20,000 nt of DNA from NCBI GenBank assembly GCA_028719205.1, contig JAQUKH010000003.1, positions 110,793 through 130,792 of the forward strand, given 5' to 3'. Source of the DNA: a bacterium (GTDB lineage: Bacteria > JACRDZ01 > JAQUKH01). The position numbers and the translations under genes were made by a program. The notes beneath the pieces were generated by a model. That model made no database searches. It was not told where the DNA came from and saw nothing but the letters and a program-made list of their open reading frames with translations. Every line of letters starts with the position of its first letter. The first letter of the stretch is position 1. Of this stretch, positions 1 to 7,441 are shown one piece after another.

Positions 1-17
1 TTCTGGAGTAAAACTCG

Positions 18-1115
18 ATGTGGAAGGGAATTAAAAGAAAGTTATACCTTCATAGTTTTTTAAACGCGGTTCTTTTCGTTTTAATTATCAGTTTGGGTAT
101 TTTCCTATATCAAAAACGGATCTTGCCCGAGTTAATGCTGATGATCATTTTGGCGGGGATCCTTGTATGGCTGCTGGGAATTCTTTTTACCAGGATGTTT
201 ATGAATAAAGTATCCAAATTAACCAGCAGTGTTGAAAATTCCCTGAAGACGCTTGGAATGGCAGATATTCCGCCGGCTTCTTTCCTGGGTGATGAAATCG
301 ATGGCTTAGTTGAAACGATCAAACTGATCACCAAGATCGTAAAAGAAAGAGATAAATTAAAAGTAGACAAATCGGAACTCGAGACGATATCAAAGGAACT
401 TCTTGATAAAAATATTGAACTGGGAGAATTTATTTATTCTATTTCTCATGACCTGCGCGCGCCTGTAGTTTCAATAAGCGGATATTCTTCGATCCTCGCG
501 GAAGAATATGCCGATAAATTAGATGATGAAGGCAAAAAATATTTAAAAAGAATAAGCGAAAATACATCGTTTATGGAGCAATTGATCCATGACCTTATTG
601 ATTTGTCGCGGGCGGAGAGGATAAATTATGCTTTTCAGGATGTAAATGTTTCGGAAATACTGGAAGTTGTATCTTCTCAATTCGGTGAAGAGATCCGAAA
701 ATTGAAGATCAATTTTGTGGTGAAATCCAAGCTTAAGAATATTTACGCGGATAAAACAAAAATAATACAGGTATTTAATAACCTCGTCGGCAACGCTATA
801 AAATATATTGATACTAACAAGGATCCCTATATAGAAGTCGGAGGAGAAATGGACGGTGAGTTTTATAAATTTTATGTAAAAGATAACGGGATCGGCATAT
901 CAAAGTCTGATCAGGATAAAATATTTAAGCTTTTTTACCGTGTAGAGGGGACAGGGATCTCGGGGACAGGCGTAGGATTGAATATTGTCAAGAAAATTGT
1001 TGAGAGGCATCAGGGAAAGGTTAGTGTGGAATCTGAAATAGGGAAAGGTTCAACTTTTTATTTTTCGCTTTATAAATCACTTTGTGATATTAAAGAAAAA
1101 AATGATATTATTTAA
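18..1115 (+). CDS. Membrane-bound sensor histidine kinase (two TM helices, HAMP-like linker, HisKA, HATPase_c)
   Basis: H-box SHDLRAP, N-box QVFNNLVGNAIKY, G1 DNGIGI, F-box IFKLF, G2 GTGVGL. Two N-terminal hydrophobic helices. GGAG at 5-8 precedes the ATG. Confidence 0.95.
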   Translation: MWKGIKRKLYLHSFLNAVLFVLIISLGIFLYQKRILPELMLMIILAGILVWLLGILFTRMFMNKVSKLTSSVENSLKTLGMADIPPASFLGDEIDGLVETIKLITKIVKERDKLKVDKSELETISKELLDKNIELGEFIYSISHDLRAPVVSISGYSSILAEEYADKLDDEGKKYLKRISENTSFMEQLIHDLIDLSRAERINYAFQDVNVSEILEVVSSQFGEEIRKLKINFVVKSKLKNIYADKTKIIQVFNNLVGNAIKYIDTNKDPYIEVGGEMDGEFYKFYVKDNGIGISKSDQDKIFKLFYRVEGTGISGTGVGLNIVKKIVERHQGKVSVESEIGKGSTFYFSLYKSLCDIKEKNDII

Positions 1116-1129
1116 AGAAGGAGAATTTG

Positions 1130-1570
1130 ATGAAAATGAATTTAATTGAGATCTTAATTGTGGAGGATAATCCTGATCATATTACTTTGATCATGCATGC
1201 CTTAAAGGATAATAAAGTAGTAAATAATATCCATGTGGCTGAAAACGGGGAATTAGCGATGGATTATCTTTTTCACAGGGGCAAATTCCAGGATGAAAAA
1301 AGTTTTCCGCTTCCTAATCTTATTTTACTGGATGTTAAACTTCCAAAGCTGGATGGTTTTGAAGTTTTAAAGGCTATAAAACAAGATCTGGTTTTAAAAA
1401 AGATCCCGGTTGTCATGCTGACTACCTCGGATAAGGATGAAGAGATCGCCAGGGGTTATAGCGAGGGGGCAAACAGTTATGTTACTAAGCCGGTTGATTT
1501 TAATGAATTCCGCAGGAAGATAAAAAATCTTGATATGTATTGGGCCCTGGTAAGCGAACTGCCTACTTAA
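1130..1570 (+). CDS. Single-domain response regulator (Rcp1-like receiver)
   Basis: ILIVEDN acidic pocket, LILLDVKLP phosphoacceptor Asp, MLTTS, YVTKP. AAGGAG RBS at 1118-1123 favours ATG 1130 over TTG 1127. Confidence 0.93.
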   Translation: MKMNLIEILIVEDNPDHITLIMHALKDNKVVNNIHVAENGELAMDYLFHRGKFQDEKSFPLPNLILLDVKLPKLDGFEVLKAIKQDLVLKKIPVVMLTTSDKDEEIARGYSEGANSYVTKPVDFNEFRRKIKNLDMYWALVSELPT

Positions 1571-1643
1571 CAAATGAAACTATTATCTTATGGCGGGGTA
1601 GATAGAAACAGTTTGTTAATTTCGAATTAGAGGAGTAAGTTTG

Positions 1644-2615
1644 ATGGCTGAGGAACTTAAAATAAAAGTTTTAGTGGTTGAAGATAATCAGGACCACTCT
1701 TTTTTAGTGAAAAGGGCGTTAGAAAAAACACCTGAATATTTTTCAGTTAAGATAGTTGATAACGTTGAGAAATGTCTTGAGCTGATCCAGAAAGAAGAAT
1801 TTAATATTATTATAAGCGATTATAAACTGCCCGGATTTTCAGGGCTCCAGCTGCTGTCGCAATTAAAAAAGAAGAACATAGACCTGCCCTTAGTTATGCT
1901 TACCGGTTCAGGTAATGAAGAAATAGCGGTTAAGGCGATGAAAGAAGGGGCTTATGATTATGTAATTAAAGAACCTGACTACTTTAAGACTATTCCTCTG
2001 GTTATCAGAAGAGCGATGGACCGGCATAAAGATAAAAAGGAAAAGGAAAAATTAGAGGCAGAGATAAAAAAGAAAGTTCTGGAGTTAGAAGATGTTAATA
2101 AAAAATTGGCGATCCTTTCGATAACAGACGGGCTCACGGAAATTTTTAACTATCGTTATTTAAGCGAAGTTCTGGAAAAAGAATGCGAAAGGACAAAGCG
2201 TATTGAAGGAAACATTTCCTGCATGATAATAGACATTGATTTTTTTAAAAATATAAATGATAAATTCGGACATCAGGCCGGGGATCATATCCTTCAGCAG
2301 TTGAGCAGGATCTTTTTCAAGAATCTGAGGCGTATTGATACTATTGGCCGGTATGGCGGGGATGAATTTATTTTGATCCTTCCTGAGACAACCTCGGAGG
2401 GGGCAAAGATCGTAAGTGAGAAATTAAGAAAATTGATCGAAAATAAAGTTTTTGTTTTTGAAGGAAACAGTATCAGGGCCACCATAAGCATTGGTATCGC
2501 GTCATTTCCCGGAGGAAAAGTATTAACCAAAGAAATGGTAATAAAATCGGCGGATGACGCGTTATATCAGGCCAAAAAAAACGGAAGGAACAGGACAGAG
2601 GTAATAACCTCATAG
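1644..2615 (+). CDS. Response-regulator diguanylate cyclase (REC, coiled coil, GGDEF; WspR-like)
   Basis: VLVVEDN...IISDYKLP receiver, DGLT, DIDFFKNINDKFGH, intact RYGGDEF with RxxD I-site (RRID) five residues upstream. AGGAG RBS. Confidence 0.95.
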   Translation: MAEELKIKVLVVEDNQDHSFLVKRALEKTPEYFSVKIVDNVEKCLELIQKEEFNIIISDYKLPGFSGLQLLSQLKKKNIDLPLVMLTGSGNEEIAVKAMKEGAYDYVIKEPDYFKTIPLVIRRAMDRHKDKKEKEKLEAEIKKKVLELEDVNKKLAILSITDGLTEIFNYRYLSEVLEKECERTKRIEGNISCMIIDIDFFKNINDKFGHQAGDHILQQLSRIFFKNLRRIDTIGRYGGDEFILILPETTSEGAKIVSEKLRKLIENKVFVFEGNSIRATISIGIASFPGGKVLTKEMVIKSADDALYQAKKNGRNRTEVITS

Positions 2616-2638
2616 AGGATAAAGGGCCCGGAGCGGTT

Positions 2639-3601
2639 TTAAATATTATCCAGGATCTTGCGCAGGTAACTCAGCGACCGTTCTTCTGAAGCAACAGGCT
2701 TTTCGTCCACGATATCAAATGCTTTTTTGAGTTTCCTGGGCGGGAATTGCTTCATAAGTTTTAAAATTTCCTCTACCATATTCGGGTCATACCTTTTGTA
2801 AAGTATCGCGGCATATTTAGACGCTCTTTCAATATCTTTTTTCTTGTTGTTTGCCTCTAAATTTTTCCATTGTATTTCCGCGTTTTTCCATGAGTATAAA
2901 GGTAAAATGTTATATTTTATTGCCGGTTTGCCGGTGAAAATATTATTTTCATCGGCAGCTTGGGCTTCCAGCAGGCCGTATTGCTGCAGTTCCTCCAGGC
3001 CTTGTTGCATTTGTCTTAAACTCAGGTTATATTTAAGCGCGAGCATATCCGGATCTATTGACCAATGAGTATCAAAAGGAGTTAGTTTAAATTCCATGAG
3101 ATTAATAAGATAAATATATAATCCCGTGAAAGAAAGCCTTTTTTCCCAGCCAAAGGACCAGAGAGTTTCGGGAATAGCGAGATAATCTAAAGCGGGATAT
3201 TTATAAGGCAGGCGGTCTTCCATTAAACTTAAAAGTTTTATTTCCGGATCTTCTTTAAGATTCCGGTCGAATTCTATAAGCTCATATTTTTCATACAGGA
3301 TATCCAGGATCTTTAAAATATTTTTATTTGCTTTTTTTGCAGTTATATCAGGATAAAGATATTCCTTGATTTTTTTATAATCTGTTTCAACCCGGCCTTT
3401 CGCGTTCCCTTTAAAATTCCTTAGAAAGAAAATATATGTCAGAAAAACGTCTTTTTCATCAGAAAAAAGCATTCTTTTCCCCAGTATCTTATTGGTAAGG
3501 AATTTTTCAGGAAGTAAGACATCTTTTTTAACAAGCTCTTCTGCCGCGAGATTAGCAGAGGAAAAAAAAATGATAATCAGAAAAATAAAATATTTCTTCA
3601 T
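2639..3601 (-). CDS. Hypothetical protein: predicted signal peptide, winged-helix-like region(s), DnaD-like C-terminus
   Basis: 320-aa ORF filling the gap between + strand genes. N-terminus MKKYFIFLIIIFFSSANLAA. HTH-like LALKYNLSLRQMQQGLEELQQYGLL. C-terminal SLSYLRKILDN resembles the DnaD YxxxI motif. The domain calls are by eye. Confidence 0.7.
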   Translation of the reverse strand: MKKYFIFLIIIFFSSANLAAEELVKKDVLLPEKFLTNKILGKRMLFSDEKDVFLTYIFFLRNFKGNAKGRVETDYKKIKEYLYPDITAKKANKNILKILDILYEKYELIEFDRNLKEDPEIKLLSLMEDRLPYKYPALDYLAIPETLWSFGWEKRLSFTGLYIYLINLMEFKLTPFDTHWSIDPDMLALKYNLSLRQMQQGLEELQQYGLLEAQAADENNIFTGKPAIKYNILPLYSWKNAEIQWKNLEANNKKKDIERASKYAAILYKRYDPNMVEEILKLMKQFPPRKLKKAFDIVDEKPVASEERSLSYLRKILDNI

Positions 3602-3608
3602 AGAATAA

Positions 3609-3638
3609 ATTATACCTTAAATATATAAAAAAAGACAA
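3609..3638 (-). promoter_or_regulatory. Putative sigma70 promoter for the minus-strand gene, probably leaderless
   Basis: Minus strand reads TTGTCT-18 nt-TATAAT, and the -10 ends 7 nt before the ATG at 3601. Confidence 0.5.
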
Positions 3639-3643
3639 ATATT

Positions 3644-3662
3644 CACATTAATGTGTTACAAT
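3644..3662 (+). promoter_or_regulatory. Extended -10 element (TGtTACAAT) overlapped by a 12-bp palindrome
   Basis: CACATTAATGTG at 3644-3655, TG at 3654-3655, TACAAT at 3657-3662, followed by an AAGGA RBS and ATG 3677. Confidence 0.4.
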
Positions 3663-3676
3663 GAACGAAAAGGATC

Positions 3677-4537
3677 ATGATAAAGATAAAATTATCAATA
3701 TTAATCCTATTTTTATTTATCGGCTGCCAAAGGGTAAATATTAGGGAAACTGTTGTTAAAAATGGGGAATTAAATAATATATCTATATCAAAAGACACGG
3801 TATGGAGCGGCAGTATATACATTAAAGGTGTAGTTACAGTCAAACGCGGGGTTGTTCTGACTATTCTTCCGGGGACTAATGTTTTATTTGAAAAGACAAA
3901 AGTGGACAATGATGAGATCGGGGACAGCGAATTAAATATCGAAGGAAAGGTCATAGCGGAGGGGACCAGAGAAGCACCTATTGTTTTTACATCTTCTGAA
4001 AAAGAAAAAAAGCCCGTGGATTGGAAATTTGTGTATCTTTCTTTTAATGAAAACAGCAGGCTTTCCTATTGCAAATTTGAGTATGCCTTTACAGGCCTCC
4101 AGGTGCATTATTCAGAAGTTCATATTGATCACTGCCTGTTTGAGAATAATGTGGAAGGGATGCGGTATTCCACAGTCAGGCTTCTTTTGGAAAACAGCAT
4201 TTTTCGTAATAACGTCTACGGCTTGAGGTATGAAGAGAGACGGTCTGAAGCGGTAGTAAGGAACAATGATTTTAAACAGAATGAATTTGGTATTTTTTGC
4301 GTGATGAGGTCAGACGATAAAACCAGGTTCCTGAATAATAATATTTCAAATAATAAAAAATATAATTTTATTATGGGGCAGGAACAGGAAAAAAGTATAG
4401 ACGCGGGCTCAAATTATTGGGGTTCGGATAATGAGTCTGAAATTTTACAGGGGATATTCGACGGACGCAAAGAAGAAACAGTAGGGATAGTTAATTTTTT
4501 GCCGTACCTGATGAAAAGAGTGGATATTGAAGAGTAA
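3677..4537 (+). CDS. Right-handed parallel beta-helix lipoprotein
   Basis: Lipobox-like LFIGC. ISKDTVWSG...LTILPGT cap, repeated xxFxxNxxG coils, NYWG near the C-terminus. Confidence 0.85.
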   Translation: MIKIKLSILILFLFIGCQRVNIRETVVKNGELNNISISKDTVWSGSIYIKGVVTVKRGVVLTILPGTNVLFEKTKVDNDEIGDSELNIEGKVIAEGTREAPIVFTSSEKEKKPVDWKFVYLSFNENSRLSYCKFEYAFTGLQVHYSEVHIDHCLFENNVEGMRYSTVRLLLENSIFRNNVYGLRYEERRSEAVVRNNDFKQNEFGIFCVMRSDDKTRFLNNNISNNKKYNFIMGQEQEKSIDAGSNYWGSDNESEILQGIFDGRKEETVGIVNFLPYLMKRVDIEE

Positions 4538-4545
4538 GAATAAAT

Positions 4546-4587
4546 GGCATAGCGCATGGGGCATTGAGCATGGCGAAAAGAGCACAA
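4546..4587 (+). repeat. Degenerate 7-bp tandem repeat
   Basis: GGCATAG CGCATGG GGCATTG AGCATGG CGAAAAG AGCACAA in the intergenic gap. Confidence 0.55.
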
Positions 4588-4610
4588 AGTTAAGAGAGGA
4601 TAGGGAAGAT

Positions 4611-5564
4611 ATGAAAATACTTGCGCCGGTTGACAGTATTAATGAATTAGACGGATTAATTTCCGCGGGCGTTGATGAATTTTACGGCGGTTTTATTCCT
4701 TATAACTGGTTCAGGGAATATGGAGCGGAAGGTTCTCCTAACCGCAGAAATTTCATGTCCGCCCAGATAAAAAGTGAAAATGAATTTTCACAGATCATAG
4801 AAAAGATCCATTCTCACAATAAGCTGTTTTACCTTACATTAAATCAGAAATTATTTAACGCCGATCAATATCCTCTTATGGATAATTTGATGAAATATAT
4901 TAAAAGCGTGCATGTTGACGGGCTTATAGTGGCTGACCTCGGGCTCAGCCTTTTTTTAAAAAAAGGGAATTACAATATCCCTGTCATTCTTTCAACGCTC
5001 GCGCAGGTGATGAACGCGAGATCAGCGAAATTTTACGGCGAAATGGGATTTAAACGGATCGTTCTGTCGCGTGACCTGAGCCTGAAAGAAACGGAAAATA
5101 TAGTAAAGAGTAATCCTTCGATCGCTTTTGAGACATTAATGCTTATAGGAAAGTGCTTTAATCTTGAAGGTTTTTGTACTTATGAACATTGTAATCCCAA
5201 CCGGGTCTGGCCTTGTAATCAGGAATATAAAATATCTTTTGATAAAAAAAGTAATCTGGAAAATGAAGTTGCCAGGCAAATTAAAGTTTACAGCCAGACA
5301 AACAGGACAGACGCCTGCGGCTTATGTTCACTGATCCAGCTTAAAAAAATCGGCATAAAAAGCCTGAAGATAGTCGGGCGTGGGGCAACTTTAGAGCGGA
5401 AAATACAATCAGTGGAGTCTATTAAATCTTTATTAAATCTTATAAAAAGTAAAACACCTGTTGACAATGAACTATTTTACGTTCAGGCCAGAGAAAAATA
5501 TGAATACATATTTAAGCATGGCTGCGCGAAAGTTAATTGTTATTTCCCTGAGTTAACCATATGA
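4611..5564 (+). CDS. Peptidase U32 family Fe-S protein (UbiU/TrhP/RlhA-like)
   Basis: MKILAP start, AGVDEFYGG, YLTLN, DGLIVAD, LST, RIVLSRDL, C-x6-C (CFNLEGFC), further Cys in WPC and DACGLC, SLKIVGR. ATG 4611 gives the family-typical N-terminus; the TTG 4527 extension runs through a repeat. Confidence 0.9.
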   Translation: MKILAPVDSINELDGLISAGVDEFYGGFIPYNWFREYGAEGSPNRRNFMSAQIKSENEFSQIIEKIHSHNKLFYLTLNQKLFNADQYPLMDNLMKYIKSVHVDGLIVADLGLSLFLKKGNYNIPVILSTLAQVMNARSAKFYGEMGFKRIVLSRDLSLKETENIVKSNPSIAFETLMLIGKCFNLEGFCTYEHCNPNRVWPCNQEYKISFDKKSNLENEVARQIKVYSQTNRTDACGLCSLIQLKKIGIKSLKIVGRGATLERKIQSVESIKSLLNLIKSKTPVDNELFYVQAREKYEYIFKHGCAKVNCYFPELTI

Positions 5565-6361
5565 TAAAAAATAATATCGTAAAAATCGAGAAAGCCGTAT
5601 ATTTCAGTAATGTTGCTTTTTTAAATAAAATTAAAATAAAGAATAATCTGTCCAGGATTTATTTTGGCGATGAATTCTGCCCGTTCCATTTACCAAAAAA
5701 AGACGAGTTGGAATTAGTCCTTGATTATGTAAAAAAACACAAATTGCAATTTACCTTTGTAACCTCATGGCTGACAGATGAAGTTTTTGAAAAAGTTGAG
5801 AAATTAATAAAGATCCTTCCTGAAAACTCTGAAGTGGTTATTAATGATTACTCGCTGCTTTCGCTGGACAGGAATAAATATAAATTTGTTCCTATCCTGG
5901 GGCGTTTATTGAACGGCCAGATCAGGGGCCTGAGGCTTGATTATGAAAAACGGACCTCAAAAAATATTTTAGAGCATTCCCGGGGTTCTCAGCCTCAGAC
6001 CGGGCTCCTGGCTGATTTTTATAAAGAGAGGGGAATAAACAGGATTGAGCTGGATAACCTTCCCCAGGGGATAAAAACTAATTTTAAAAATATGGATTTT
6101 CACGGATCCTTATATTATCCTTATGGGTATATTACTGTAACAAGGTTTTGCCCTTATGTTGTCATCAAAAACCGGTTCGGCATTATTTTTTCGATAAAAA
6201 GGTGTAATAAGGCCTGCCAGCAATTTGGCCTTACTATAGAAAATAAAGAGGTTGACAAAAAAATATTTGTTAAAGGGAACGCTCATTTTTTTAAAAATAT
6301 TATTATCCCGAAAAACCTATTGGAATTAGGGATAGACAGGTTAGTAGAAGAATTATTTTAA
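5561..6361 (+). CDS. Divergent U32-family partner subunit (UbiV-like)
   Basis: Exactly four Cys: C40 (IYFGDEFC), C197 (TRFC), C215 and C219 (RCNKAC), the layout of UbiV cluster ligands. Also EVVIND and RIELDN. ATGA overlap with the upstream U32 gene. Confidence 0.72.
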   Translation: MIKNNIVKIEKAVYFSNVAFLNKIKIKNNLSRIYFGDEFCPFHLPKKDELELVLDYVKKHKLQFTFVTSWLTDEVFEKVEKLIKILPENSEVVINDYSLLSLDRNKYKFVPILGRLLNGQIRGLRLDYEKRTSKNILEHSRGSQPQTGLLADFYKERGINRIELDNLPQGIKTNFKNMDFHGSLYYPYGYITVTRFCPYVVIKNRFGIIFSIKRCNKACQQFGLTIENKEVDKKIFVKGNAHFFKNIIIPKNLLELGIDRLVEELF

Positions 6362-7317
6362 TGGAAAATGTTAAAAACGTTTTTTATGTGATCTATCAGG
6401 AAATACTTATTATGGGGCCTTATTTCCTGATTAGCGTTTTGATAGGCGCCCTGATGAAAACCTACAAGATCGACCGCTGGCTTTACAGCTTTCTGAACAG
6501 GTCCAAAGTTATTTCAATCCTGATCGCCACTGTCGCGGGTGTGGTGTCGCCCATGTGTTCCTGCGGAATACTCCCCGTTTTTGTTACTCTTCTTGATATG
6601 GGCGCTCCTTTGTCCGCTTCGGTAAGCCTTCTTATAACCTCACCGGTCATGAGTATTGAGGCCTTTATTTTAACCTATGGGGTTTTGGGGTATAAAATGG
6701 CATATATTAAACTGTTCGGTGCGGTATTTATCGGTTTGTCAGCTGGTTTTGTTTTTTTGTATTTAGAAAAAATACAATATTTTTCAGTTAATGTTTTAAA
6801 GAGAAATATTTATGAAGGTAAAAAAGGAGTATGCCAGATAAGGAGTAAAGAGCATGGTGCAGGGGGCATAGGGCAGAGATTGCCTGTGGATACACAATTG
6901 GCTGACAACAAACTTTTGTTTTTCTATAAAAGGGCGCGGGAGCTTTTCATTTTTATAGGAAAATTTTCCATTATTGCCATATTAATTGACGCGATAATTT
7001 CCGTATATGTGCCTTTTGAATGGGTAGAGGCGGTTTTAGGGGAAAAAGGCGGGGTAAGATCGATCATTAATGCCGTTCTGATCGGTATTCCTCTTCCGGT
7101 AAATGGAATTTCTGTAGTAAATGTTTTGAAAGGCTTAATGGAAAAAGGCATGTCAAACGGCGCGGCTGTGGCTTTTCTTTTCGCGGGGCCCGTTACTGCG
7201 ATACCTGCCATTATCGCGCTTGCCGGAATGGTTGAAAAAAGAGTAGTCTTTGTGTTTTTAACTATAGGTATTTTAAGTTCATTTTTATTAGGGCTGGTCG
7301 GGCAGTTTATTTTTTGA
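6361..7317 (+). CDS. ArsP/DUF318 family permease
   Basis: About 8 hydrophobic helices in two halves, SPMCSCGILP motif, GAAVAFLFAGP motif, central soluble loop. TAATG overlap with the upstream gene. Confidence 0.88.
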   Translation: MENVKNVFYVIYQEILIMGPYFLISVLIGALMKTYKIDRWLYSFLNRSKVISILIATVAGVVSPMCSCGILPVFVTLLDMGAPLSASVSLLITSPVMSIEAFILTYGVLGYKMAYIKLFGAVFIGLSAGFVFLYLEKIQYFSVNVLKRNIYEGKKGVCQIRSKEHGAGGIGQRLPVDTQLADNKLLFFYKRARELFIFIGKFSIIAILIDAIISVYVPFEWVEAVLGEKGGVRSIINAVLIGIPLPVNGISVVNVLKGLMEKGMSNGAAVAFLFAGPVTAIPAIIALAGMVEKRVVFVFLTIGILSSFLLGLVGQFIF

Positions 7318-7393
7318 GAAACTTACCGATAATAACAGGGTATATAATATCAAGGTTAGGTTTAAAAAAGTTTTTATATTTTTTATAAAAATT

Positions 7394-7402
7394 TGATATA
7401 AT
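7394..7402 (+). promoter_or_regulatory. Extended -10 promoter element for the FG-GAP gene
   Basis: TGaTATAAT about 40 nt upstream of ATG 7442, with AT-rich upstream DNA and a TAAGGAG RBS. Confidence 0.55.
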
Positions 7403-7441
7403 GGTTTTGTGCTATTTTATTAATTTAAGGAGAAATAAAAA

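Noticed and set aside
4527-4610. TTG-start N-terminal extension of the U32 gene
   Set aside because: It translates the heptamer repeat; the family-typical start MKILAP is at 4611.
4611-5564. Calling the U32 protein a collagenase/protease, or naming the pair ubiU/ubiV
   Set aside because: Characterised members are hydroxylation factors, and orthology to ubiUV cannot be shown here because there is no ubiT or ubiquinone context.
7315-7332. Selenocysteine read-through at the permease TGA
   Set aside because: Only four codons follow before TAA, the position is not a Cys-equivalent site, and no SECIS-like hairpin is evident.
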